DNA of 64,000 nt from Squalus acanthias (taxonomy: Eukaryota): assembly GCA_030390025.1 (NCBI GenBank), contig CM059431.1, forward strand, positions 144,400,001 through 144,464,000. Direction: 5' to 3'. This document shows, in pieces, positions 47,301 to 60,869 of this stretch (positions are counted from its first letter, which is position 1; each line of letters starts with the position of its first letter). Below the pieces are notes generated by a model, which was given only the letters and a program-made list of their open reading frames with translations, was not told the DNA's origin and did not search any database. A program made the translations under genes and the position numbers.

Positions 47301-47640
47301 AATTTGTAAATTATATGCCCATTCTGCAAGTTTATTAATGTCCTCTTGTAATTTGTTGCAGTCCTCCTCAGTATTGACTATGACGCCAAATTTGGTGTAA
47401 TCTGCAAATTCGGAAATTGTGTTGTTGATTCCAAAGTCTAAGTCGATAATATAAATTGTCAAAAGCAGTGGTCCCAGCACTGATCCTTGTGGAACACCAC
47501 TACCCACCTTCTGCCACTGTGAATAGCTACCCTTCACCCCTGCTCTCTGCGTTCTTTCTTGAAGCCAGCTAACTATCAATTCCGCTACTTGTCCCCTGAC
47601 TCCGTATTCTCTGAACTTGTTCATCAGTCTATTACGGGGT

Positions 47641-47926
47641 ATAGAAACATAGAAACATAGAATCTAGGAGCAGGAGTAGGCCATTCGGCCCGTCGAGCCT
47701 GCTCCACCATTCAATACGATCATGGCTGATCATTCAAATCCAGTACCCTGTCCCTGCTTTAATCCCCACAGTACACATATCCCACCCTACCCCCTGTAAC
47801 TCCACGTATTTAATTCCCGCTAACATATCCCATCCTATCCCCATAACCCCACATATTTAATCCCCCCTAACACTAAGGGTCAATTTATCATAGCCAAATG
47901 AACCTAAGCCGCACATTTTTGGACTT
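47641..47926 (-). mobile_element. 5'-truncated HE1-like SINE, unit 1 only
   Basis: Near-identical reverse complement of 51378-51655; empty site ctattacggggtatcttatc in units 2 and 3. Confidence 0.8.
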
Positions 47927-48659
47927 ATCTTATCTTATCTTAGGCCTTTAGAAAATCTAGATAAATTACATCTACTGCAGTACCATGATCTACGCTCTCG
48001 GTTACCGCTTCAACATATTCATGAGTTTGGTCAAGCAAGACTTTCCCGTTTGAAATCCATACTGAATATTCATTGGTATGTTTTTGGTTTCTAGATGTTC
48101 TTCCATTTTCTCCTTTAGTAGGGGTTCCATTATTGTTCTTATCACCATAATATTGACCACACTGGATTAGCTGTAAAGCGCTTTGGGGCGTCCTGAAATC
48201 GCAAATCATGATATAAATGAGGGTTCTTTGTTTATGTCTTTCTCTGACTACTGGAAAACTCAATCACGGAGACAAATCGAATCCCACCATCTTCATTGGG
48301 CCAAGATGGCCTTATCCAATTCAAGAGTTGAGTTCACTTGCATCCTGTTTTATGTCTTCCGTGTGATGCATGACCGGATATAAAGGATCAGTCTTCCCTT
48401 TCATAAATTTCCTAAAGTGACTGCCAACTTTGACAGGGAATTGCAGCCTAAAGTGGAAAAACTGAGAGTGAGTATAAGATTATGCGCTGAGTTTCTGGAT
48501 ACACATAATTCCACTCTGATGAAGAGTGTCAAGGATATCAATAGAGAAGAGTTGAATATTGGGATCGATAGATTTTTGATGGATAAGTCTTTCAGGGATT
48601 TAGAGTAAAGGCGGAATAATAGAATTGAAGTATAGATCAGCCATTTTATAATTCAATGA

Positions 48660-49305
48660 TGCAGTCGGTTCGAGGGGGCGGAATGGCATCGTCCTGTGAC
48701 GACGTAATAGGATCGAGGGGTAGAACGGCTTCCTCCTGGTCCGATGTAAAAGGCTCGTGGAACTGAATGGCATCCTGATGTTCCTAATTAAATGTCCCGT
48801 GGGGTTAAATGGCCTCCTCCGTTTCCTATGTAACAGACGTGAGGGGTTGAATGGCCTCCTCCTGTTCCAAGGTAAAGGCTCACGGCGGTGAATGGCCTCC
48901 TCCTGTTGCTATTTAGCAGAGTTCGGCGGGCATGCGGGGGTGGGAGAAGAAACTTATTCTCCGGTTCCTTGGTAACATGATTGAGGGTCTGCACAGCCTA
49001 TTTCTCTGCCGATGTAACAGGCTCGAGCTACAGAATAGGCTCCTCCTGTGCCTATATAAAGGCTCGAGTTGCAGAATATCCTCCTCCTGTGCCTATGTAA
49101 CATGTTTGTGCTGCAGAAAGCCTCTTCCTGTGGCTATGCAACAGGATCGAGCTGCAGAATAGCCTCCTCCTGTGTCTATGCAACAGACTCGAGCTGCAGA
49201 ATAGCCTCCTCCTGTGCCTATATAACAGGATCGAGCTGCAGAATCGACTCCTCTTGTGTCTATGAAACAGGATCGAGCTGCAGAATGGCCTCCTCCTTTG
49301 CCTGT
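48660..49305 (+). repeat. ~42-bp minisatellite from a CR1 3' tail (unit 1)
   Basis: ACAGGATCGAGCTGCAGAATAGCCTCCTCCTGTGCCTATGTA repeats. Confidence 0.85.
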
Positions 49306-51216
49306 ATTCCTAACAATTTTAATGAATATGCTGTGTCCACCTGCATCCAGGAGAGATACAGTCGTTCTTTATTTATTTAAAAGGCCCTGGGTGGTGAGCA
49401 GCTTAACGGATCGGGTACTTATTGGAAATAAAAGCCACTCAGATGTCCGGTCACCATTTACCATAAAGTGCTTTGCTCCTCTGCAATTGTGAACTGATCT
49501 TATATTCATCAGCTGGGGTACCTCCAATCCAGATGCCACATTTCTCTGCTCCTTTGCAAAACTTGACATTTAACTTGGGAACACATTCGAAAATTAAAAT
49601 ACTGTCATCAGCAATATGGAATAGCAACAGAGTAACATTGAATGTGCATCACAGTAACAGACAATTTTCCATAACTGGTGCACGCGGTGTTCAAGCTCCA
49701 CATCAGCCTCCTCCCGCTCCTCTTGAGGGAGGATGGTCGTGTTGTATCTGCTCAACCACAGGCTTCCCCGATGAGCGGCCAACCGGTGGTCAATGCACTT
49801 ACTAATGGAATTCCATCAATGCGTTCATTAGAATCTCGTTGATCAATATCCCCCGGCTGCGAAGAGAATTGCCACATCAGATGGAAATACTGATAATGTG
49901 CATGAGACCAAATACTGAATTTGAGCCATAATGTAACTAGTTATGATAATTTGACGAAAGCTATGAAAGATGTCAAAGCGGAACTGTTGTGAAACCACAT
50001 GAGTACGTGCAGATTCTGCTTTGCTTTGCAAAAAAATCATCTTGGTGAACTGTTTAGATGGAACTGACCATGAGACGTGACAATTAGGCTATTACTTGGT
50101 GATAATGTGGACTAACAAGTAAATGTTAAAATAAAAAGCAAGATTACGAGAGGGCAGAGATTTATGGTGATTGGCAAAAGAAACAGAGGCCACATGAGCG
50201 ATAACTTTTTTACACATCGAGTGGCGTTCCCCAGGGCTCAGTACTCGGACCACTGCTGTTTGTGATATACATTAATGACTTGCACTTGTGGGTACGGCGA
50301 AGCATTTCGAAATTTGCAGCTGACACGAAACTTAGAAGTGCAATAAAGAGTGAGGAAGATAGCAATACACTTCAAAAAGTCAAAGACTGGCCGGTGGAAT
50401 GAACGGATACATCTCAAATGAAATTCAATGCAGAGAAGTGTGAGGTGATACATTTTGGTACTAAGAATGAGCAGGGACCATGCCTACTATGTGGTACAAT
50501 TTTAAAGGGGGTGAAAGAACAGAGAGACCAGGGGTGTTTTTTTAATAAATGCTTGACATTGGCTGGACAAGTTAGCAAAGCAGTTAATAAAGGATATGGG
50601 TTCTTGGGCTTTATAAAGAGAAGCATTGCATGCCAAAGCCAGGAAGTTATGCTAAACTTGTATAAACACTATTTCCACACCAGCTGGAGTAATGTTTCCA
50701 ATTCTGGACACCACACTTTAGGAAGGCCGTGAAGGCTTCGGACAGGGTACAGAAGTGCTTTATTGGAATGGTTCCAGGGATGAGTGATTACAGTTATCGG
50801 TATAGACGAGAGAAGCTGGGATTGTTCTCCTTGAAGCAGAGAAGGCTAAGAGGAGATTTGATGGAGATGTTTAAAATCATGAAGGGTTTATATACAGTGA
50901 ATAAAGCGAAACAGTTTCCAATGACTGAATGGTCGATAACGAGAGGGCACAGATTTATGGTGATTGGCAAATGAACCAGAGGCCACATGAGGGAAAACTG
51001 TTTAAACAGCGAGTGGTTAGGATTGGGAATGAAATATCTGATAGGGTGATGGATACAGATTCCATAGTAACCTACAAAACAAAATTAGATAAAAACTTGA
51101 AAAAGACAAAATGCAGCGAAATGGGGAAAGGGTGGGGGACTGGGAATGACTGTTTTGCTCTTTGAAAGAGCAAGCGCAGACGCGATGGGCCGAATGGCCT
51201 CCTTCTATGCAGTACT

Positions 51217-51655
51217 CGGTATAGAGGGCAACACGGTGGCATAGTGGTTAGCATTGGTGCCTCACAGCGCCAGAGACCCGGGTTCGAATCTGACCTCGGG
51301 TGACTGTCTGTGTGGAGTTTGCACATTCTCCCCGTGTCTGCGTGGGTTTCCTCCGGGTGCTCCGGTTTCCTCCCACAGTCCAAAAATGCGTGGGTTAGGT
51401 TGATTTGGCTATGATAAATTGACCCTTAGTGTTAGGGGGGATTAAATATGTGGGGTTATGGGGATAGGATGGGATATGTTAGGGGGGAATTAAATACGTG
51501 GGGTTACGGGGGTAGGGTGGGATATGTGTACTGTGGGGATTAAAGCAGGGACAGGGTACTGGATTTGGATGATCAGCCATGATCGTATTGAATGGCGGAG
51601 CAGGCTCGACGGGCCGAATGGCCTACTCCTGCTCCTAGATTCTATGTTTCTATGT
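51217..51655 (+). mobile_element. Full-length HE1-like (V-SINE type) SINE, unit 2 only
   Basis: A box tggcatagtgg, B box ggttcgaatc, V core gtggagtttgcacattctccccgtgtctgcgtgggtttcctccggg, CR1 tail, flanked by TACT. Confidence 0.85.
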
Positions 51656-54309
51656 TACTATTCTACGATTCCATACAGCGCCTTTCACAACCTCTGATCT
51701 TCCCAAAGCGCTTTTTTAGAAAATTAAGCATTTTTGAATTGCAGTCACTGTTGTAATGTAGGAAACACGGCAGCTAAATTTGCACACAGCAAGCTCCAAC
51801 TACAACAATGCGACAATGATTGGGTAATCTGTTTTACAGTAATGATGTTTAAGGACCAATATTGGCTCGAACACCGGGGGAACTCGCCTGCAGCGCATTC
51901 GAAAATCGTGCCATGCACTCGTTCTCGTCCACCTGAGTGGGCAGACGCGGCCCTAATTTTAACGTCTCTTCTGAAAGACAGCACCTCAGATAGCGCTGCA
52001 CTCCCTCAATAATGCACTGGGAGTCTTGGCCTCGATTTTGTGCAAAAGCCTCTGGTGAGGTGTTTGATCCCAAAGCCTTCTGATTCAGAGGTGCCCCTAT
52101 GCTTGACATGGTTCACCTCACTCTGACTTCTATGTCAGAAGATCGTGGGTTCTAGTCCCACTGCACAGAGTTGAGCACATATTCTGGGTCAACACTTCCG
52201 TTGACAGTGCTGAGGGAGATTTGTTCTGTCAGCGATTCCGTCTTTCGGATAAGACGTTAAAACGAGGCCCTGTCTTTCTCTTTGGTGGACCTAAATGATC
52301 CATGGAACTATTGGAAGAAGAGCAGGTGAGTTCGAACCGGTGTTCGGCCATGTATTTATCCCTCAACCAGCCTCAGTAAAAAAAACAGATTGACGGTTTA
52401 TTGCTAATTGTGGGAGCTTGCTGTGCGCAAACTGGCTGCCGTGTTTCCCATATTACAATATTAAATAGGATTACATAGGATATACGGCACAGAAACAGTC
52501 CATTAGGCCCAACCAGTCCAAACTGGCATTAATGCTCCACTCGTGCCTCCTCCTGTCTTTACTCAGCTAAATCTATCATAATAACCCTCTATTCCTTTCT
52601 CCCTCATATGCTTGCCTAACCTCCTCTTAAATGCAGCTATACTATTCGTTTCGACCACTCCCTGTGTTAGCGAGTTCCAGATTCTCACCAGTCTTTGGGT
52701 AAAGAATTTAAATCTGAATTCCCTGCTGGATTTATTTGTGACTATCTGATATTGATCGCCTCTAGTTATGCTCTACCCGACAAATGGAAAAATTCTATCT
52801 GTATCCACTCTTTCAAAGCCTTCCATAATTTTAAAGACATCTATTAGGTCGCCCCTCAGCTTTATTTTTTTCAAAAGAAAAGAGACCTAGCCTGTTCATC
52901 CTTTCCTGAAATGTATACCCTCGCATTTCTGGTCTCATCTTTGTACATCTTTTCTGCACCCTATCCAGTGCCTCTATATCCTTTTTATAATATGGCGACC
53001 ATAAGTGTAGGCACTCTAAGTGTGGCCTAACCAAGGTTCGGTACAGGTTTAGCATAACTTGCCTACTTTTCAATTCTACACCTTTAAACCCTAGTGCTTT
53101 TTTTTAATTTGTATGGCCTTGCTAACCTTTGTCGCAACTTTTAGTGATTTGTTAATTTGTACTCCGAGATCCCTTTGTTCCTCTACCTCACCTTGACTCG
53201 CACCATCCAAGTAATAAGTGACCACCCTATTCTTCCGACCAAAATGCAATACCTCACATTATCTGTGTTGAACTTCATTTGTAAATTATATGTCCATTCT
53301 GCAAGTTTATTAATGTCCTCCTGTAATTTGTTGCAGTCCTCCTCAGTATTGACTGTGCCCCCCAATTTGTTGTCATCTGCAAATTCAGAAATTGTGTTGT
53401 TGATTCCAAAGTCTAAGTCGTTAATATAAATTGTGAACAGCAGTGGTGCCAGCACTGATCCTTGTGGAACACCACTACCCACCTTCTGCCACTGTGAATA
53501 GCTACCCTTTACCACTGCTCTCTGCTTTCTGTCTTGAAGCCAGCTAACTATCAATTCCGCTACTTTTCCCCTGACTCCGTATTCTCTGATCTTGTTCATC
53601 AGTCTATTACGGGGTATCTTATCGAAGGCCTTTTGAAAATCTAGATAAATTACATCTACTGCAGTACCATCGTCTACGCTTTCGGTTCCCTCTTCAAAAT
53701 AATCAATGAGGTTGGTCAAGCAAGACTTTCCATTTTGAAATCCATGCTGACTATTCATTAGTATGTTTTTGGTTTCTAGATGTTCTTCCATTTTCTCCTT
53801 TAGTAGGGATTCCATTACTGTTCTTACCACCATAATAATGACCACACTGGATTAGTTGTGAAGCGCTTTGGGGCGTCCTGACATCGCCAATCATGATATA
53901 AATGAGGGTTCATTCTTTATGTCTTTCACTGACCACTGGCGAACTCAATCACGGAGACAAATCGAATCCCACCATTTTCATTGGGCCAAGATGGCCTTGT
54001 CCAATTCAAGAGTTGAGTTCACTTGCAAACTGTTTTATGTCTTCCGTGTGGTTCATGATCGGAAATAAATGATCACTCTTCCCTTTCATAATAGTTCCCA
54101 AAGTCACTGCCAACTTTGACATGGAATTGCAGCCTAAAGTGGAAATACTGACAGGGAGTATACGATTATGAGCTGAGTTTCTGGATACACAGAAATGCCA
54201 CTGTGATTAAGAGTATCAAGGATATCAATAGAAAACAGTTGAGTATTGGGATTTAGAGTTAAGGCGGTAAAATAGAATTGAAGTATGGATCAGCCATTGT
54301 ATAATTCAA

Positions 54310-55110
54310 TGTTGCAGTAGGTTCGAGGGGGCGGAATGGCATCATCCTTTGACGACGTAATAGGATCCAGGGGTTGAACGGCTTCCTCTTGGTCCTATGT
54401 AAAAGGATCGTGAAACTGAATGGCATCATGATGTTCCTAATTAAATGTCCCGTGGAGTTAAATGGCCTGCTCCGTTTCCAATGTAACAGACGTGAGGGGG
54501 TGAATGGCCTCCTCCTGTTCCAATGTAGAGGCTCTAGTGGGTGAATGGCTTCCTCCTGTTGCTATTTAGCCGGCGGAAAGTGGGGGAACAAATGTATTCT
54601 CCGGTTCCTAGGTAACAGGATTGAGGGTCTGCACAGCCTATTTATCTGCCTATGTAAGAGGCTCGAGTTGCAGAATCGCCACCTCCTGTGCCTATGTAAC
54701 AGGAACGAACTGCAAAAAAGTCACCTCCTGTGTATATGTAACAGGATCGAGCTGCAGAATAGTCACCTCCTGTGTCTATGTAACAGGCTCTAGCTGCAGA
54801 ATGGCCTCCTCCTGTGTCTATGCAACAGGATCGAGCTGCAGAATAGCCTCCTCCTGTGTCTAGGCAACAGACTCGAGCTGCAGAATCGCCCCCTCCTGTG
54901 CCTATGTAACAGGATCGAGCTGCTGAATAGCCTCCTCCTGTGCCTATGTAACGGGATCGTGCGGCAGAACAGCCTCCTCCTGTGTCTATGCAACAGACTG
55001 GAGCTGCATAATAGCCTCCTCCTGTGCCTATGTAACAGGATCGAGCTGCAGAATCGCCTCCTCCTGTGCCTATATAACAGACTCGAGGTGCAGAATAGCC
55101 TCCGCCTTTG
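54310..55110 (+). repeat. ~42-bp minisatellite (unit 2, longest)
   Basis: Same unit; gives the 14-aa periodic ORF 54642-55349. Confidence 0.85.
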
Positions 55111-58100
55111 CCAGTGATCCTTACATTTTTAATGTGTATGCTGTGTCCACCTGCATCCAGGAGAGATACAGTCGTTCTTTCTTTTTTTAACGGGCCCTGG
55201 GTGTTGAGCAGCTTAACGGATGAGGTAGTTATTGGAAATAAAATCCACTCAGATGTCCGGTCACCATTTACCATAAAGAGCTTTGCTCCTCTGCAATTGT
55301 GAACTGATCTTATATTCATCAGCTGCGGTACCTCCAATCGAAATGCCACATTTCTCTGCTCCTTTTCAAAACTTAACAGTTAACTTGGGAACACATTCGA
55401 CAATTAATATACTGTCATCAGCAATATGCAATAGAAGCAGGGTAACATTGAATGTGCAGCACAGTAACAGAAAATTTTCCATAACTGGTGCACGCGGTGT
55501 TCAAGCTCCACATCAGCCTCCTCCCAACCCTCTTGAGGGAGAATGGTGGGCTTGTATCTGCTCAATCACAGGGTTCCCTGATGAGGGGACACATGGTGGT
55601 CAATGAACATCCTAACCGCATTCCATCTATATGTTCATTAGAATCTTGTTGATCAATATCTCCTGGTTGCGAAGAGAATTGCCACATCAGAAGCAAATAC
55701 TGATAATGTGCATGAGACCAAAGACTGAATTTGGGCAATAATGTAACTAGTTATGACAATTTGACGAAAGCTGTGAAAGATGTCAAAGCGGAACTGTTGT
55801 GAAACCACATGTGTACGTGCAGATTCTGCTTTGCTTTGCAGAAAAATCATTTTGGTGAAATGTTTAGATGGAACTGAAACTGCGACGTGACAATAGGCTA
55901 TTACTTCAGTGGGAGAATCTTGGTGATATTGTGGACTAACAATTAAATGTTGAAATAAAAAGAAAAGAAAGATGGAGGTAAATAGTGACGTTCCCCAGGG
56001 CTCAGTACTCGGACCACTGCTGTTTGTGATATGCATTAATGACTTGAACTTGTGGGTACGGGGCAACATTTCGAAATTTGCTGCTGACACGTAACTTAGA
56101 AGTGCAGTAAACAGTGAGGAAGATAGCAATCGACTTCAAAAAGTCACAGGTCGGTAGAATGATGGACACATCTGAAATGAAGTTCAACACAGAGAAGTGA
56201 GAGGTGATACATTTTGGTACGACGGATTGGCAGGGACCATGCCTGCTAAATGGTACAATTTTAAGGGAGTGAAAGAACAGAGAGACCGGGGGTGTTTTTT
56301 AATAAATGTTTGACATTGGCTGGACAAGTTAGCAAAGCAGTTATTAAACAACATGGGATCCTGGGCTTTATAAATAGAGCCATTGAATGCCAAAGCCAGG
56401 AAGTTATGCATTACTTGCAAAAACACTAGTTCCACCCCAGCTGGAGTAATGTTTCCAATTCTGGACACCACACTTTAGGAAGGCCGTGAAGACTTCGGAC
56501 AGGGTACAGCAGAGCTTTACCAGAATGGTTCCAGGGATGAGGGATTACAGTTATCGGTATAGACGAGAGAAGCTGGGATTGTTCTCCTTGAAGCAGAGAA
56601 GGCTAAGAGGAGAATTGATGGAGATGTTTAAAATCATGATGGATGTATATACAGTGAAAAATGAGAAATTGTTTCCAATGACTGAATGGTGGATAACGAG
56701 AGGGCACAGATTTACGGTGATTGGCAAAAGAACCAGAGGCCACATGAGGGAAAACTTTTTTTACACAGCGAGTGGTTAGAATTGGGAATGCAATGTCTGA
56801 TAGGGTGATGGATTCTGAGTCAATAGTAACCTTTAAAGGGAATTAGATAAGTACTTGAAAAAGACAAAATGCAGGGAAATGGGGAAAGGGTGGGGGAATG
56901 GGACTGACTATTTTGCTCTTTGAAAGAGCAAGCGCAGACGCGATGGGCCGAATGGCCTCCTTCTATGCAGTAGTATTCTACGATTCTATATAGCGACTTT
57001 CACAACCTCAGATCGTCATAAAGCGCTTTACAGAAAATTATGCATTTTTGAATTGCAGTCACTGTTGTAATGTAGGAAACACGGCAGTTAAATTTGTGCA
57101 CAGCAAGCTCCAACTACAGCAATACGCCAATGATTGGGTAATCTGTTTTACAGTAATGATGGTAAAGGACCAGTATTGGCTCGAAAACCGGGGGAACTCG
57201 CCTGCTGTGCATCGAAAATCGTGACATGTGCTCGTTCTCGTCCACCTGAGAGTGAAGACGCGGCCCTAATTTTAACGTCTCTTCTGAAAGACAGCACCAC
57301 AGATAGCGCTGCACTCCCTCAATACTGCACTGGGAGTGTTGGCTTCGATTTTGAGCAAAAGCCTCTGGTGAGGAGCTTGAACCCAAAGCCTTCTGATTCA
57401 GAGGTGCCCCAATGCTTGACATCGTTCACCTCACTCTGACCTCAAAGTCAGAAGGTCGTGGGTTCAAATCCCACTGCACAGAGTTGAGCACATATTCTGG
57501 GTCAACACTTCCGTTGACAGTGCTGAGGGAGATTTATTCTCTCAGCGATTCCGTCTTTCGGATAAGACGTTAAAACGAGGCCCTGTCTTTCTCTTAGGTG
57601 GACCTAAATGATCCATGGCACTATTGGAAGAAGAGCAGGGGAGTTCGCCCCGGTGTTTGGCAATGTATTTATCCCTGAACCAGCCTCAGTAAAAAACAGA
57701 TTGACGGTTTATTGCTAATTGTGGGAGCTTGCTGTGCGCAAACTGGCTGCCGTTTTTCCATATTACATATTACATAGGATTACATAGGATATACGGCTCA
57801 GAAACAGTCAATTCGGCCCCACCAGTCCAAACTGGCATTAATGTTTCACTCGTGCCTCCTCCTGTCTTTACTCATCTAAATCTATCAGCATAACGCTCTA
57901 TTCCCTTCTCCCTCATATGCTTGCCTAGCCTCCTCTTAAATGCATCTATACTATTCGCTTCAACCACTCTCTGTGTTAGCGAATTCCAGATTCTCACCAC
58001 TCTTTGGGTAAAGAAGTTTCTTCTGAATTCCCTACTGGATATATTTGTGACTATCTTATATTGATCGCCTCTAGTTATGCTGCACCCGACAAATGGAAAC

Positions 58101-59649
58101 ATTCTATCTATATCCACTCTTTCAAAACCTTCCATAATTTCAAAGAAATCTATTAGATCGCCCCTCAGCTTTATTTTTTTCATGAGAAAGGGGACCCAGC
58201 CTGTTCATCCTTTCCTGAAATGTATACCCTCGCATTTCTGGTATCATCCTTGTACATCTTTTCTGCACCCTATCCAGTGCCTCTATATCCTTTTTATAAT
58301 ATGGCGACCATAAATGTACGCACTCTAAGTGTGGTCTAACCAAGGTTCGATACAGGTTTAGCATAACTTGCCTACTTTTCAATTCTACATCTTTAAACCC
58401 TAGTGCTTTTTTTTAGTTGTATGGCCTTGCTAACCTGTGTCGCAACTTTTAGTGATTTGTTAATTTGTACTCCGAGATCGCTTTGTTCCTCTACCTCACC
58501 TTGACTCGCACCATCCAAGTAATAAGTGACCTCACTATTCTTCCGAACAAAATGCAATACCTCACATTATCTGTGTTGAACTTCATTTGTAAATGATATG
58601 CCCATTCTGCAAGTTTATTAATGTCCTCCTTTATTTTGTTGCAGTCCTCCTCAGTATTGACCATTTCCCCCAATTTGGTGTCATCTGCAAATTCAGAAAT
58701 TGTGTATTTGATTCCAAAGTCTAAATCGTAAATATAAATTGTGAACAGCAGTGGTCCCAGGACTGATCCTTGTGGAACACCACTACCCACCTTCTGCCAC
58801 TGTGAATAGCTACCCTTTACCCCTGCTCTCTGCTTTCTGTCTTGAAGCCAGCTAACTATCAATTCCGCTACTTGTCCCCTGACTCCGCATTCTCTGATCT
58901 TGTTCGTCAGTCTATTACGGGGTATCTTATCGAAGGCCTTTTGAAAATCTAGATAAAGTGCATCTACTGCAGTACCATGGTCTACGCTCTCGGTTACCTC
59001 TTCAAAAAATTCAATGAGTTTGGTCAAGCAAGATTTCCCTTTTGAAACCAATGCTGACTATTCATTGGTATGTTTTTGGTTTCTAGACTTTCTTCCATTT
59101 TCTCCTTTAGTAGGGATTCCATTATTGTTCTTACCATCATAATATTGACCACACTGAATTAGTTGTAAAGCACAGTGGGGCGTCCTAACATCGCCAATCA
59201 TGACATAGACGAGGGTTCTTACTTTATGTCTTTCTCTGACCACTGGTGAACTCAATCACGGAGACAAATCGAATCCCACCATCTTCATTGTGCCATGATG
59301 GCCTTATCCAATTCAAGATTTGAGTTCACTTGCAAACTGTTTTATGTCTTCCGTGTGGTTCATGATCGGAAATAAATGATCAGTCTTCCCTTTCATAATA
59401 GTTCCCAAAGTGACTGCCAAATTTGACAGGGAATTGCAGCCTAAAGTGGAAATACTGAGAGTGAGTATAAGATTATGAGCTGAATTTCAGTATACACAGT
59501 AATGCCACTGTGATGAAGAGTATCAAGGATATCAATAGAGAACAGTTGAGTATTGAGATCGATAAATTTTTGACGGATATTTTTTATGAGAGATTTAGAG
59601 TTAAGGCTGAATAATTCAATTGAAGTATAGATCAGCCATTTTCTAATTC

Positions 59650-60095
59650 AATGGTGCAGTAGGTTCGAGGGGGCGGAATCGCATCGTCCTGTGAAGACAT
59701 AATAGGAACAGGGGTTGAACGGCATCCCCTTGGTCCGATGTAAAGGCTCGAGCAACTGAATGGCATCATGATTTTCCTAATTAAATGTCCCGTGGGGTTA
59801 AATGGCCTCCTCCCTTTCCTATGTAACAGACGTGAGGTGGTGAATGGCCTCATCCTGTTCCAATGTAAAGGCTCGAGGGGGTGAATGGCCTCCTCCTGTT
59901 GCTATTTAGCAGGCTCCGGCGGGCCGGCGGGGGGTGGGGTAAGAAATTTATTCTCCGGTTCCTAGGTAACAGGATTGAGGGTCTGCATAGCCTATTTCTC
60001 TGCCTATGTAACAGGCTCGAGGTGCAGAATGTCCTCTTCCTGTTTCTATGTAACAGTATCGAGGGTCTGAATGTCCTCTTCCTGTCCTATTTTCC
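59650..60095 (+). repeat. ~42-bp minisatellite (unit 3, shortest)
   Basis: aggctcgagggggtgaatggcctcctcctgtt-type units, closest to the CR1 tail. Confidence 0.8.
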
Positions 60096-60869
60096 TAAAA
60101 GCTTGAACGACTACCCGGTATCCACCTGAAGCCAGGAGAGACACGATCGCTAATTCCTCATTTAACAGGCATGCGTGGGGTCTACCTCAAGGGATCAGGT
60201 AGTTATTGGAAATAGAAGCTACTCAGCTGGCGAGTCACCAATCAGCATAAAGAGCTTTGCACCTCTCCAATTGTGAACTGATCTTATATTCATCAGCTGG
60301 AGTTCCTCAAATCGAAATGCGACAATCCTGTAATTGTGCAAAAGCTGACAGTTAACTTGGAAACTCATTTTAGCATTCCTATCAACAATATGGAAGCGAC
60401 AAAGAGAAACATTGAATGTGCAGCACATATCAGACCATTTCAACTAACTGGTGCATACCGGTGCTCATGCTCCACAGAAGCCTCCTCCCATCCCTCTTGA
60501 TCTAAGCCTATCAGCATAAACTTCTAAACTGTCCAAACAGGATTTTAATTAACTCAACAGTTGAATTGGAAAAGGCCTTCTGATCTCATGAGAATGGTGG
60601 GGTTGAATCTGCTCAACCACAGGACTCACTGATGAGGTGCAACCCGGTGGTCAATGCACTTCCTAACCGCATTCCATCGATTTGATCATTAGAATCTCGT
60701 TAATCAATATGTCCCGGTTAAGGAGAGATTTGCCCCATCAGATGGAAATACTGAAAATGTGCACGAGGTCAAAGGCTGGAATTGGGGCCTAACAGAAGTA
60801 GTTGTGACACATTGACGAAAGCTAAGCAAGATATCAATGAGGAACTGTTGATGAAACTCGTGTATACGT

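Larger units (their letters stand above)
44437..60869 (+). repeat. Tandem segmental repeat: three units plus the start of a fourth
   Basis: Anchor g(g/c)aaatactga(t/a)aatgtgca recurs at 44437, 49883, 55693 and 60744 (periods 5446, 5810, 5051). Each unit is CR1(+), a SINE pair, CR1(-), a 42-bp minisatellite and a non-TE segment. Confidence 0.9.

Noticed and set aside
54642..55349. 235-aa Gly/Cys/Tyr repeat ORF (keratin-associated-like)
   Set aside because: Antisense translation of the 42-bp CR1-tail minisatellite; not kept open in the paralogous units.
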